Of a stretch of DNA of 64,000 nt, positions 35,598-45,646 are shown piece by piece. Below the pieces are notes generated by a model. That model did no database searches and was not told the origin of the DNA. It saw nothing but the letters and a program-made list of their open reading frames with translations. The stretch is from an uncultured Actinomycetes bacterium. GTDB taxonomy: Bacteria; Actinomycetota; Thermoleophilia; RBG-16-64-13. The position numbers were made by a program, and so were the translations under genes. Position 1 is the stretch's first letter. The number at the start of each line of letters is the position of its first letter. The DNA is taken from contig CAVQME010000011.1 in assembly GCA_963713545.1 (NCBI GenBank), positions 24,976 to 88,975 of the forward strand, written 5' to 3'.

Positions 35598-37229
35598 ATG
35601 AAAGCCGCCGACCTGTTCGTCCGTTGTCTCGAGAACGAGAACGTCGAATACGTGTTCGGGGTCCCCGGGGAAGAGACCCTCCAGTTGGTCGACTCGCTCT
35701 CAGCGAGCAAGGTGCGCTTTGTCACCTGCCGCCACGAGCAGGGAGCGGCCTTCATGGCCGACGTCTACGGACGTCTGACAGGCCGGGCCGGCGTGTGCCT
35801 CTCCACCCTGGGACCAGGCGCAACCAATCTGGTGACAGGAGTGGCCGACGCCAACATGGACATGGCTCCACTCGTGGCCATCTCGGGCCAAGCCCCCACC
35901 ACCCGACTCCACAAGAAGAGCCACCAGGTGATAGACCTCGTGGATCTGTTCGAGCCCATCACCAAGTTCAGCGCCCAGGTCCGCACTCCGGAGATCATCC
36001 CGGAGATCGTGCGCAAGGCCTTCAAGCTCGCAGAGGCAGAGATCCCGGGCGCCTGTTTCATCGAGCTGCCGCAGAACGTGGCAGAGGAGGATCTGCCCGA
36101 GCTGCCTGCGCTGCGCAGGCAGAGCCCGCTGCCTCCCGTTCCGAATCCTGTCGCGCTGCAGCATTTGACGGAGCTGATAGACGCCTCTCAGCGCCCGCTC
36201 GTGATGGCAGGACACGGGGTGGTCCGCGCAGGGGCTGCCGACCGACTGGTGAACTTCGCTGAGACCCTCAACGTCCCGGTAGTGACCACCTTCATGGCCA
36301 AGGGAGTCATGCCGGCCTCGCACCGGTTGTTCCTGGGGACTGCGGGGCTGCAGTCCAAGGACTACAACTATTGTGGCTTCAAGCAGGCCGACCTGGTCAT
36401 ATGCGTAGGCTATGACATGGTCGAGTACCACCCCTACCTGTGGCGCCGCGAGTCTCACCAAGTCGCGCACATCCATTCCGCACCCGCCGAGGTGGACGAG
36501 CACTACATCGTCTCCGGAGGACTGGTGGGCGACATCGGGGCCGGCATCGCCGGATTGACGGAGCGCTGCTGCCGTCACCGCCATCGCCTCTCCGGCACCC
36601 CGCGCCGCCACCTCCTGGCGGAGATACGGGAGCGCGCCGACGACGAGGGCTTTCCGGTCAAGCCCCAGAAGATCGTCCACGACCTGCGCCAGGCCTTGGA
36701 GCCGGACGACATTGTCATCAGCGACGTGGGAGCCCACAAGATGTGGCTGGCCCGCCTCTACCAGACCGAGCGGCCAAACACCTGCATCATCTCCAACGGC
36801 TTCGCAGCGATGGGGATCGCCCTCCCCGGGGCGCTGGCGGCCGCCCTCGTGCACCCGGAGAAGGCCGTAGTGGCCGTCACCGGAGACGGGGGGTTCATGC
36901 TGAACTCCCAGGAGCTCGAGACGGCGGTGCGACTCGGCCTGAACTTCGTCGTGCTGATTTGGAACGACTCCTCGTACGGACTGATCGAGTGGAAGCAGGT
37001 ATGCCAGCTCGGCCGGACGAGCTGCGTGGATTTCGGCAATCCCGATTTCGTGCAGTATGCGAAGAGCTTTGGAGCACACGCCTGCCGCATCGAGAAGGCC
37101 GCGGACCTGCTGCCGGAACTACACGCGGCGATCGCGCGGAAGGGCATCACGGTGATCGATTGCCCGGTAGACTATCGAGAGAACCTGGTCCTGACCGAGC
37201 GCCTGGGGGCGCTCGTCTGCAGGGACTGA
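35598..37229 (+). CDS. thiamine-pyrophosphate enzyme of the acetolactate synthase family (catabolic AlsS-like, large subunit only)
   Basis: The N-terminal TPP-PYR domain (VFGVPGEETLQLVD...RHEQGAAFMADVYGRLTG) and the C-terminal TPP-binding domain (GDGGFMLNSQELETA) are both present. No small regulatory subunit gene is adjacent. Confidence 0.8.
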   Translation: MKAADLFVRCLENENVEYVFGVPGEETLQLVDSLSASKVRFVTCRHEQGAAFMADVYGRLTGRAGVCLSTLGPGATNLVTGVADANMDMAPLVAISGQAPTTRLHKKSHQVIDLVDLFEPITKFSAQVRTPEIIPEIVRKAFKLAEAEIPGACFIELPQNVAEEDLPELPALRRQSPLPPVPNPVALQHLTELIDASQRPLVMAGHGVVRAGAADRLVNFAETLNVPVVTTFMAKGVMPASHRLFLGTAGLQSKDYNYCGFKQADLVICVGYDMVEYHPYLWRRESHQVAHIHSAPAEVDEHYIVSGGLVGDIGAGIAGLTERCCRHRHRLSGTPRRHLLAEIRERADDEGFPVKPQKIVHDLRQALEPDDIVISDVGAHKMWLARLYQTERPNTCIISNGFAAMGIALPGALAAALVHPEKAVVAVTGDGGFMLNSQELETAVRLGLNFVVLIWNDSSYGLIEWKQVCQLGRTSCVDFGNPDFVQYAKSFGAHACRIEKAADLLPELHAAIARKGITVIDCPVDYRENLVLTERLGALVCRD

Positions 37230-37268
37230 CACGGCCCGGAGGCTGTGGGAAGAGGAAGGACTGCAGTC

Positions 37269-38621
37269 ATGACAGACACCGCCAGACTCGTCATCGGGGG
37301 CGCGGCCCATGATCTCCCTGTAGTCGTGGGGACCGAGGGTGAACGGGCTCTCGATATCTCTAGCTTGAGGGATATCAGCGGACACATCACGCTCGACGAG
37401 GGCTACATCAACACGGGCTCGTGCTCATCGGCCATCACCTTCGTCGACGGCGAGAGGGGCATACTGCGCTACCGCGGCATCCCCATCGAGCAACTGGCCG
37501 TCAAGAGCACGTTCGTGGAGACCTGCTGGCTGCTCATCTATGGCGAGCTACCCACTCGCGAGCAGCTCAAGTGCTGGAGCGGCCTCTTCACCAAGTACGA
37601 AATGATCCACGAGGGGCTCTACCACCACTTCGACGGTTTCCCCGCCACCGGGCACCCGATGGCCATACTTTCCGCCATGATCAATGCGATGAGCTGCTAT
37701 GAGCCGAGCCTGATGGAGATGGAGAGCCCGGCCACCTTCCAACTGGCGGCAGCCCGCCTCATCAGCAAGCTGCGTACCATCGCCGCCGCCAGCTACAAAG
37801 CCTCCATCGGCCAGCCCATCGTCTACCCCAAGCCGCACCTCGACTACTGCACGAACTTCCTGCACATGATGTTCTCCATCCCCTTCGGCGACTACGAGCC
37901 CGATCCCGACACCGTAGCCGCACTGCAACTGATCCTCATCCTGCACGCCGACCACGAACAGAACTGCTCGTCGAGCACCGTGCGCATGGTGGCGTCGTCG
38001 GGAGCCAACATGTTCGCCAGTTGCGCGGCCGGCGTATGTGCCCTGTGGGGGCCGCTCCACGGCGGAGCCAACGCCGCGGTCGTGGAAATGCTGCAGGACC
38101 TGCACAGGAACAACGTTGACCTGAATGACTATATCGCCCGGGTCAAGGACAAGAGCTCGCCCCTACGCCTCATGGGCTTCGGCCATCGGGTCTACAAAAA
38201 CTACGACCCTCGGGCCAGCATCATGAAGGCGATGGCCGACAAGCTGCTCGGCAAGCGCAAGGGCACGGACCCTCTGCTGGAGATCGCCAAGCGGCTCGAG
38301 GACGTGGCGCTGCACGACCCCTATTTCGTCGAGCGCCGCCTGTATCCCAACGTGGACTTCTATTCAGGTGTCATCCTCCACGCCATGGGCATCCCGGTGA
38401 ACATGTTCACGGTGATGTTCGCCATGGGACGCATGCCCGGGTGGATCGCCAACTGGAAAGAGGTTCGCGACGGCGACGGCGTCCTTTACCGCCCCCGCCA
38501 GGTGTACGTGGGAGAAGGCCAACGGGACTACGTTCCCATCGAGGAGCGCCTGGGAGGCGGCTGTCTGGCACCGGGAGGACCGGGGGACGGTACGGGCCCG
38601 TCGGTTTGCCCGGTGTGCTGA
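37269..38621 (+). CDS. gltA: citrate synthase (type II-like)
   Basis: Motifs: GILRYRGIPIEQL, LHADHEQNCSSSTVRMVASSGANMF (catalytic His), GFGHRVYKNYDPRA, VDFYSG. The C-terminal tail is short, Gly/Pro/Cys-rich and non-canonical. Confidence 0.9.
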   Translation: MTDTARLVIGGAAHDLPVVVGTEGERALDISSLRDISGHITLDEGYINTGSCSSAITFVDGERGILRYRGIPIEQLAVKSTFVETCWLLIYGELPTREQLKCWSGLFTKYEMIHEGLYHHFDGFPATGHPMAILSAMINAMSCYEPSLMEMESPATFQLAAARLISKLRTIAAASYKASIGQPIVYPKPHLDYCTNFLHMMFSIPFGDYEPDPDTVAALQLILILHADHEQNCSSSTVRMVASSGANMFASCAAGVCALWGPLHGGANAAVVEMLQDLHRNNVDLNDYIARVKDKSSPLRLMGFGHRVYKNYDPRASIMKAMADKLLGKRKGTDPLLEIAKRLEDVALHDPYFVERRLYPNVDFYSGVILHAMGIPVNMFTVMFAMGRMPGWIANWKEVRDGDGVLYRPRQVYVGEGQRDYVPIEERLGGGCLAPGGPGDGTGPSVCPVC

Positions 38622-38628
38622 CCCTTGT

Positions 38629-38988
38629 TTAGAAGTGCACCACCGCGGTGGACTCCTGGGCCAGGTAGTCCTTGAAGAACGGGAGGTGCCTGAGGAAGTA
38701 GGTATCGGGCTCGGTGCGGACGGTCACCTCGTACCACTGGCTGCTGGCCTTGTGGTAGGCAGCGGCGACGAGTTGCACCTCAGCTTCGTCCGCGATCCCC
38801 TCGACCACTTCTTCAGCGGCCGCCTCGCTACCCTTCGTGGCGACGAACGTCTTCGCAGCCTGCTCCGCCGCACCCTTGGCCACCTCTACCGCGGTACGGT
38901 GGGCCACATACATCTCGAAGCCGTCGACCACGAGCGCGGCCACGATCGCCAGCACGATCACAATGAACAGAATAGTCCTCATACGCAT
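38629..38988 (-). CDS. hypothetical membrane-anchored protein (119 aa)
   Basis: A single N-terminal TM helix (ILFIVIVLAIVAALVV) is followed by an Ala/Glu-rich soluble domain. Confidence 0.4.
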   Translation of the reverse strand: MRMRTILFIVIVLAIVAALVVDGFEMYVAHRTAVEVAKGAAEQAAKTFVATKGSEAAAEEVVEGIADEAEVQLVAAAYHKASSQWYEVTVRTEPDTYFLRHLPFFKDYLAQESTAVVHF

Positions 38989-39012
38989 TGGAACGAACCC
39001 CGCGGCAAAAGG

Positions 39013-41163
39013 TTACGCACGAGCCCTACGCCGGCTTAGGAGCACGACCGCGACGACGACCACGGCCAGCACGACTACCGCCAGCACCACCCAGGGAAGA
39101 ACGGTCATCAACGTGATCGAGCTGAGGGTCTGGCTCCCCTCGTCGAGAACGCTCGACCCCGCCATCAGACGCACGTCCAGTCGATGCGGGCTCTCGTCAA
39201 TGACGACTTCAACGGGTACCTCGTTCCCGCCCGGCTCCAGTTCCACGGTGAACGACCCCCCGTCGGGGAAGGTCACTCCTTCCCCGCTCAACAGCACCTC
39301 CGCCTCCAGTGGATAGCCGGCTCCGTTATCTACGGTCAGGATGATCGTCTCCTCGTGACCGACGATCCTGGTCGGGCCGACCCCCGCGAGCTTCACCTTG
39401 TCCAGCTCGGCCTCTGCCGTGGCCAGGGCCTGCTCGGCATAAGAGAGACCGATGCTCGCCACCTGCGGGCTGGTCTGGGGATGCCACCACCAGCGGCTCT
39501 CCGCCGCGTAGAGAAGCCGGTGCGCCTTCTCCACCGGACCTTCGACGGGGTCGGCTGCCGCGGCCAGGTCGGTCACAGCCGCGTGCGCCGCGCGGAGGCT
39601 GTCGAGCATCGCGCCTTCGATGTAGCCCTGGGCCCCCGTGACGTGCCGTGTCAACAGAATGGGCCGTGTCTCCGGAGTGTACTCGCGGAGAAGCGAAGCG
39701 AGCGTGTGCGTATCGATCCACCATGCGGTGGTCAGAGACTCGCCGATGGTGTCAAGGTAAGAGGCGGGGGGCAACACAAAATCTCCCCCGAGGCTGATCA
39801 CCAGCGCGTCCCTGGGAACGGCCACCAGCTCCGCCGCCAATCCGGCGAAGAACACTCCCGGGTCCCAGGGGGGCGCCATCAGAGATCGCAGCCGGCTGCT
39901 CGTGAAGACCAGGGTCACGCGATCGTTGTCGGCATCCCGCACTCGCGCAGCCACGCTCCCTTCGGCCAACGGTTCGGTAAGATCGTTGGCTAGTTGCTCG
40001 TCCACCACGACGTGATCGACAGAGGCCTGTCCGTAGTAGGCCAGGCTCTCGGTGGTCATATCCAGGTCGGGCGAGTAGGCGCCCACCGGCGACGATTCGA
40101 GACCCAGCGTCTGCTGCAACTCCTGCTTGCCCAGTTGTATCTGTTCGAAGCCGTCACGCCACCCCTCGGCAGCCAACGCGCCCAGGTCGGCGCCCGCGTA
40201 GGGACCGGCCGCCATCTCCACGGTCTCTGCGTCCGCCGTATCTGCGAACGCCGCCAAGACTTGGGCGGCGTTCGCGGCGCGCGCATCGTCCGCGCCTACC
40301 TGTTCCACGGTGCCCGAGCTGTCGAGACGGACATAGCCGTCAGCCATATCGCGCAGTTGAGTGAGCAGGATGGGCTCCACGGCCAGAGTGAACCGCCAGT
40401 CGACAAAACGACCGGCAAGACCGGCGACTGCGCGCAGATCGTTGGGGACCTCGGCTGGGGTCTCGTTTGGATCCGCGCCGGTGTCACCACCGGCGACGGC
40501 ATCCGGCGCGCCGCTCGTGGCGGCGCCGGTACCGGCGACCGCCTCCTCCAGCACCTGGTCGAAGAAGGCGCCTGTCGGATCCCTATGCACCCCCAGAGCC
40601 ACCGGCAGGACGAAAGCCAGGTCCAGCGGTCGCTCCCGCGAGGCCACCTTCCCGAACCACGCCGACCCGCTGGCCTCGACCCCTCCGCCCGAAAGCAACT
40701 CAGCAGTGACCAGGTAGCCCCCGGGAAGTGGCAAAGTGTCGCCCGGCAGGATCGTGCTCGCGGTCCAGGATGCGGCACCCAGGACAATATCCCATCCGGC
40801 CTGAAACGGAAGGGAGGGACCGACGTCCGCCGTTACGGTCGCGGCCTCCGGAAGTTGAGCATCGATCTGGCCCACTTGCGACGGTTCAGCCGGCCCGAGG
40901 ACTCGCAACACGACCTTGGTACCGGGAGCCAGATCCGCGCTCAGCCCTCCGACCTTGAGCGTGACGGCCTCGCCCACCAGGCCGAGGCCCGGACTCACCT
41001 CGACGGTGAGAGCGCTCGCGGCCGAGGCCGATGCGGGCGACAGAGCGACGATAATCAGGAGCATGGAGATGGCCGCCACAACGCCGCCGAGCGCCGCGAC
41101 GCGCGGCAGCGGCCGCCGACTAGGAGTGCTGCGAAACGTGAAGGACGATCCGGCGAGCCTCAT
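39013..41163 (-). CDS. large secreted/membrane-anchored hypothetical protein (716 aa; N-terminal signal, C-terminal TM anchor)
   Basis: The N-terminus has a signal-like ...AAISMLLIIVALSPASASAASA segment. The ectodomain is long and Ala/Gly/Leu-rich. The C-terminus is a hydrophobic helix plus RRRARA stop-transfer. The opposite-strand ORFs are Arg/Gly/His-rich artefacts. Confidence 0.55.
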   Translation of the reverse strand: MRLAGSSFTFRSTPSRRPLPRVAALGGVVAAISMLLIIVALSPASASAASALTVEVSPGLGLVGEAVTLKVGGLSADLAPGTKVVLRVLGPAEPSQVGQIDAQLPEAATVTADVGPSLPFQAGWDIVLGAASWTASTILPGDTLPLPGGYLVTAELLSGGGVEASGSAWFGKVASRERPLDLAFVLPVALGVHRDPTGAFFDQVLEEAVAGTGAATSGAPDAVAGGDTGADPNETPAEVPNDLRAVAGLAGRFVDWRFTLAVEPILLTQLRDMADGYVRLDSSGTVEQVGADDARAANAAQVLAAFADTADAETVEMAAGPYAGADLGALAAEGWRDGFEQIQLGKQELQQTLGLESSPVGAYSPDLDMTTESLAYYGQASVDHVVVDEQLANDLTEPLAEGSVAARVRDADNDRVTLVFTSSRLRSLMAPPWDPGVFFAGLAAELVAVPRDALVISLGGDFVLPPASYLDTIGESLTTAWWIDTHTLASLLREYTPETRPILLTRHVTGAQGYIEGAMLDSLRAAHAAVTDLAAAADPVEGPVEKAHRLLYAAESRWWWHPQTSPQVASIGLSYAEQALATAEAELDKVKLAGVGPTRIVGHEETIILTVDNGAGYPLEAEVLLSGEGVTFPDGGSFTVELEPGGNEVPVEVVIDESPHRLDVRLMAGSSVLDEGSQTLSSITLMTVLPWVVLAVVVLAVVVVAVVLLSRRRARA

Positions 41164-41251
41164 GGGGCCTCAGTGTAGCACGGAGGCTCGCAGGCCCCAG
41201 GACCGGCCCATGAGGCTCCGGAAAGGGGGGCGCCGGCCAGAAGAAGCCGTC

Positions 41252-41782
41252 CTAGACGGCCGGAGAGAAACGTAGAGGCATCCGCTTCACAAGCCGGATG
41301 ACGCTGCCCTCCTCCTCGCTGTCCGTTTGCTCCATGGAGTCGACGAGAGCCCGGATGATGGTGAGTCCAAGCCCCCCGCCGCTGAGGGGATCGCACAGGC
41401 TGGAGGGCGCTATGCGATGACGGCGCTCGGGGTCGCGCACTGTGATCTGCCAGGCCTCAGGCAGCAGGTAGAAATCCACACGCAGAGACGGCGCCGGTCC
41501 CACTCTGCCTTCGCCCGCCTCCCGCGTATCGGACCCTTCTGTTCCGTCCCCCGGGGCGGAGGAAGCGCATCCGTTGGTATCACTCAGAAAGCAGTTGCAG
41601 GCTTCAGTGACCACGACTTTTAGATCGGCTATCGACTCCTCGTCGAGCGCTTCGTGAGTCCCCAGAGCCCCCACCACCAAACGGCAGAGAGCTAAGTATT
41701 CAGCCTTGCAGGGGATCGTCAACGACAGAGGTCGCTGTCCACCCACCCGCTCTTCGGTCCAATGTTCAGTCCCGTGCGCCAC
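41252..41782 (-). CDS. HATPase_c-type anti-sigma regulatory factor-like Ser/Thr kinase (RsbW/SpoIIAB-like)
   Basis: A G-box GGGLGLTIIRALVDSMEQ is present, with an upstream N-box-like region. Size 176 aa. Confidence 0.55.
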   Translation of the reverse strand: MAHGTEHWTEERVGGQRPLSLTIPCKAEYLALCRLVVGALGTHEALDEESIADLKVVVTEACNCFLSDTNGCASSAPGDGTEGSDTREAGEGRVGPAPSLRVDFYLLPEAWQITVRDPERRHRIAPSSLCDPLSGGGLGLTIIRALVDSMEQTDSEEEGSVIRLVKRMPLRFSPAV

Positions 41783-41881
41783 GAGACAAGCATCCCCCAG
41801 GCCGGGGGCTCCTAAACCGACTCCGGGATCGAAGATACGTGGGATGCGTCCCGGCCGGCTCCGCGCGCGCCGGACCCCGGC

Positions 41882-42919
41882 CTAGTCCCAAGCGTAGACT
41901 ACCCCCAGGTCCTCCCCGCAGACCGCGCACAGCCCCCGCTCGACCCGTAGCTCGTCGATCTTGTGCGCGCCCCTCCGGATGACCGTGCGCCCGCAGGCGG
42001 GGCAGACGGTGTGGCGCGCCGGGTGACCCTGCACGTTGCCGATATACACGAATCGCAGTCCTGCTGCTTTGCCGAGCGTCGCGCCTCTCTCCAGTGTCTT
42101 GATGGGAGTGGGCGGGAGATGCGAAAGCTCGAAATCCGGGAGGAAGCGAGTCACGTGCCAGGGAGTCCCCACCCCAAGCTCTTCGCACACCCACGTGGCC
42201 ATGGCTCTGAGAGCGACGTCGTCGTCGTTCAAGCCCGGGACGATGTTGGACACGACTTCGACATGGCACCCGTGCCTGTGCTTGGCTCGTGCCGCCGCGG
42301 CGAGTGCCGGGTAGGGATCTTTGACCTTTGTCAGCCGAGCCCAACCCTCCGCCGTAGCCGCCTTGAGATCGAACTTCAAGGCGTCGATCACCGGGGCGAC
42401 GTAGTCGAGAGCCGCCTCGGTGATATAGGCCGCAGTAACGACCGCGGTATAGAGCCCGGCTTCTCTAAATGCCGCGCATACGTCGTGCACGTACTCGATC
42501 CAGACCACAGGGTCGTTGTAGGTGAAGGCCACCCCTGAGAGCTTGTGCTTGCGGGCCATGGCGACCGCTTCGTCGGCGGTGAGCGTGGGCAGCCGAGCGG
42601 TCTCGGTGCGGGCGCTCGCGTGCGAGATCTGCCAGTTCTGACACCCACCGCAGAGCACGTTGCAGCCGTAACTACCAAGGGACAGGGCTCGCGTACCCGG
42701 GTGGAAATGGAAGAACGGCTTCTTCTCGATCTCGTCGCTGATGATCGTCGCCGGCCGGTCGTAGGTGAGGCTGGCCATTTGACCGTCGCGCACTCCGCGG
42801 GCCTTGCACAACCCTTCGGCGTTCTCGGACACCAGGCAGTAGTGGGGGCAGAGCGTGCAGCGGGTCTTGTCGCCGACACTTTCCCAGAAGAGCGCATTGG
42901 TGGAGATGGAGCTCGCCAT
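41882..42919 (-). CDS. radical SAM enzyme of the AmmeMemoRadiSam / pyruvate-formate-lyase-activase-like class
   Basis: The radical SAM motif is CNVLCGGCQNW (Cx3Cx2C). An additional N-terminal Cys cluster CTLCPHYC and a C-terminal CPACG...CAVCG are present. The start is set at MASSIS, after a short N-terminal trim. Confidence 0.7.
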   Translation of the reverse strand: MASSISTNALFWESVGDKTRCTLCPHYCLVSENAEGLCKARGVRDGQMASLTYDRPATIISDEIEKKPFFHFHPGTRALSLGSYGCNVLCGGCQNWQISHASARTETARLPTLTADEAVAMARKHKLSGVAFTYNDPVVWIEYVHDVCAAFREAGLYTAVVTAAYITEAALDYVAPVIDALKFDLKAATAEGWARLTKVKDPYPALAAAARAKHRHGCHVEVVSNIVPGLNDDDVALRAMATWVCEELGVGTPWHVTRFLPDFELSHLPPTPIKTLERGATLGKAAGLRFVYIGNVQGHPARHTVCPACGRTVIRRGAHKIDELRVERGLCAVCGEDLGVVYAWD

Positions 42920-43111
42920 AGACCGGGAAGTATACCTTCGCCGTCTCCCGGGCCGCATTTATGCAATGCATACCTGAATAGTTAGACATTCCAGGCTGAA
43001 GCGTGGTATCTATTCATATTGGGTTTTGGCCACTCAAACTGGGGGAGCCGGGTCCGCGCGCGAAGACGAGCTTTCGTGTGCACCCGGTCAAAGAATCAGG
43101 AGGTAGAGAAG

Positions 43112-44011
43112 TTGAAAAGAAGTAGAGTTCTATTGATTGCGATGCTGGTGCTGAGCTTGGTCTTACTCGGCTCGATCCTGTCCGCCTGCGGGGATGAGGA
43201 GGAGACGACGACCACAGCCGCCGCGACAGAGACAACGGCGGCCGGGACTGAGACCACAGCCGCCGGTGACGACGCGGCCGCTATCGCGGACGCGGCCATC
43301 GCCGCGGTGACCAAGTCCGATGCCATCGAGACGCCCAAGACCATCACCGCGGGTAAGCTTCAGGCCGGGTCGGACACTGTCTTCGCCCCCATGGAATTCT
43401 CCGACGAGAAGGGGGGCTACATAGGGTTCGACGTGGACCTGTGCACTGCTCTGGCCAAGAAGATGGGGCTAGAGCTTGAGGTGATCCCAACGGCTTGGGA
43501 CGGCTTAACCTCTGGCCTGTTGGGTGACCGTTGGGACATAATCATGTCGGGAATGAGCATAACTGAGGAGCGGCTGAAGGAGATCAACTTCACCGACCCG
43601 TACCTGCCGACCAACCTTGCGATCACCACCAGAGTCGATGCCCCAATCGTCGACGGGCAGGGCCTGGTCGGCAAGATAGTCGGTGTACAGGTCAACACCA
43701 CGGGGCAGTTCGCGGTCGAGGAAATCGCCGGGGTCAAGGAGATCAAGAAGTACGACGACAGCCTGCTGGCAATCCAAGAACTACTGGCCGGGCGTGTGGA
43801 CGCCGTGGTCAATGATTCCCCCGTGAACTCGTACTACATCGCGGGCAAGCCGGAGTTTGCCAACACCGGCAAGATAGGAACGGATGACAACTACGGCTTC
43901 GGCATCAAAAAGGAGAACACCGACCTCCTTGCCGCGATGAACGCGGCGCTCGGGGAGCTCAAGGCCGACGGAGTCTACGACAAGATCCACGCCAAGTGGT
44001 TCGGCGAATGA
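43112..44011 (+). CDS. polar amino-acid ABC transporter substrate-binding lipoprotein
   Basis: A TTG start lies 8 nt after an AGGAGG ribosome-binding site. Lipobox LSAC, then a Thr/Ala-rich linker. A type-3 SBP fold is present (FAPMEFSDEKGGYIGFDVDLC...WDIIMSGMSITEERLKEINFTDPY). Confidence 0.8.
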   Translation: MKRSRVLLIAMLVLSLVLLGSILSACGDEEETTTTAAATETTAAGTETTAAGDDAAAIADAAIAAVTKSDAIETPKTITAGKLQAGSDTVFAPMEFSDEKGGYIGFDVDLCTALAKKMGLELEVIPTAWDGLTSGLLGDRWDIIMSGMSITEERLKEINFTDPYLPTNLAITTRVDAPIVDGQGLVGKIVGVQVNTTGQFAVEEIAGVKEIKKYDDSLLAIQELLAGRVDAVVNDSPVNSYYIAGKPEFANTGKIGTDDNYGFGIKKENTDLLAAMNAALGELKADGVYDKIHAKWFGE

Positions 44012-44103
44012 TACGGAGGGACGAAAGAGCCTGAGTCTGACGGGGGCCGGCCCCAAGCATCCGGCCCCCGTTTCGTTTTCTCGACGGATGAGAGGAGCGC
44101 CAG

Positions 44104-44877
44104 TTGGGTAATCTGATCGAATACTACTTCAATCCGGAAATCTTCAAAGAGTCCCTCTGGCTGCTCATCAAGACCCTGCCTATAGTGTTCGAGGTGCTCG
44201 TCATGGGCCTCGTTCTCTCCTACGCCTGGGGCTTGCTGCTCGCACTGATGCGTCTGTCGCGCGTTGGGGTTGTCAACAAGGTGGCGGGTGCCTACATCGA
44301 TTTCTTCCGCGGCTTGCCTCTGCTTCTGCTGTTCATCTTCATCTACTACGGCCTCGCGATTGCCGGAATCAAGCTCAGCGCCATCGCTTCCGGGGTGCTG
44401 GGGCTGACCCTCTGTTACGGCGCCTATTCGGCCGAGATCTTCCGAGCGGGCATCCAGGCCATCCCTAAAGGCCAGATGGAGGCGGCCCGCTCACTCGGTA
44501 TGACCGGCAGCCAGGCGATGCTCTATGTCATACTGCCCCAGGCGATCAAGCTTGTGATCCCGCCATTGACAAACGAGTTCATCGCCATGATCAAGGACAC
44601 CTCGCTAATGTCGGTGATCGCCGTTCCGGAACTGCTTTTCACGGCCAAGGAGAAGATGGGGGTGACCGCCAATCCTACGCCTCTGACGGTGGCTGCGATC
44701 ATCTACGTCGTCTTCACCATACCGCTGATCCGGGTGGCCGCGCGTCTCGAGACCCGAAGGAGAAAGCCGCGGCCACCGGACCGGCCGGCAACGGTAGGTG
44801 GCATCTCCCCCGAAGCGGAGGCGCAGCTTCATTCCGCTGATATCGCCGGGCAACTGCCCAAGGGAGGGTATGGGTGA
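44104..44877 (+). CDS. amino-acid ABC transporter permease (His/Gln/Arg/opine family)
   Basis: The EAA loop is [22 protein letters not shown]. Five TM helices. Confidence 0.85.
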   Translation: MGNLIEYYFNPEIFKESLWLLIKTLPIVFEVLVMGLVLSYAWGLLLALMRLSRVGVVNKVAGAYIDFFRGLPLLLLFIFIYYGLAIAGIKLSAIASGVLGLTLCYGAYSAEIFRAGIQAIPKGQMEAARSLGMTGSQAMLYVILPQAIKLVIPPLTNEFIAMIKDTSLMSVIAVPELLFTAKEKMGVTANPTPLTVAAIIYVVFTIPLIRVAARLETRRRKPRPPDRPATVGGISPEAEAQLHSADIAGQLPKGGYG

Positions 44878-44881
44878 GACT

Positions 44882-45613
44882 ATGACCGCCATGATCGAGC
44901 TTGTGGGCGTCCACAAGTCCTTCGGGCACCTGCAGGTACTGAAGGGGGTCGACCTCACCGTCACCAAGAAGGAGGTGGTGGTGGTCATCGGTCCGTCCGG
45001 GTCGGGCAAGTCCACCATGCTGCGCTGCATCAACGGATTGGAGCCGATCCAGAAGGGCAAGGTGATCATCGAAGGTGAGGACCTCCACGGCCCGCATACG
45101 GACCCCAACAAGATCCGGCAGCACATCGGCATGGTCTTCCAGAGCTTCAACCTCTTCCCTCACAAGAACGCACTGCAGAACGTGATGATGGCCCCGCTCA
45201 AAGTCCAGAAGAAGTCAAAAGCGGAGGCAGAGCAGATCGCTCACGACCTGCTCATCAAAGTGGGTCTGGCCGACAAAGCGGACGCGTTCCCCGACGAACT
45301 CTCTGGGGGCCAGCAGCAGCGGGTCGCCATCGCCCGGGCCTTGGCCATGCAGCCGGACATGATGCTCTTCGACGAGGTCACCTCCGCCCTTGACCCCGAA
45401 CTCGTTGCCGAGGTGCTGAATGTCATGCAGGCTCTGGCAGAAGCGGGCATGACCATGGTCGTGGTGACCCACGAGATGGGTTTCGCCCGCGAGGTTGGAT
45501 CGAGGCTGATCTTCATGGACGGTGGCGTGGTGGTGGAAGAGGGCGATCCTCGAGAGATGATCCCGAACCCCAAAGAGCCGCGCACCCAAAAGTTCCTGAG
45601 CATGGTGCTCTAG
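44882..45613 (+). CDS. amino-acid ABC transporter ATP-binding protein
   Basis: Walker [10 protein letters not shown]. The signature motif is [15 protein letters not shown]. Walker B is [12 protein letters not shown]. Confidence 0.9.
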   Translation: MTAMIELVGVHKSFGHLQVLKGVDLTVTKKEVVVVIGPSGSGKSTMLRCINGLEPIQKGKVIIEGEDLHGPHTDPNKIRQHIGMVFQSFNLFPHKNALQNVMMAPLKVQKKSKAEAEQIAHDLLIKVGLADKADAFPDELSGGQQQRVAIARALAMQPDMMLFDEVTSALDPELVAEVLNVMQALAEAGMTMVVVTHEMGFAREVGSRLIFMDGGVVVEEGDPREMIPNPKEPRTQKFLSMVL

Positions 45614-45646
45614 AGCGCAGGCGGCAGCTCGCGGCAGTCAGCGATC

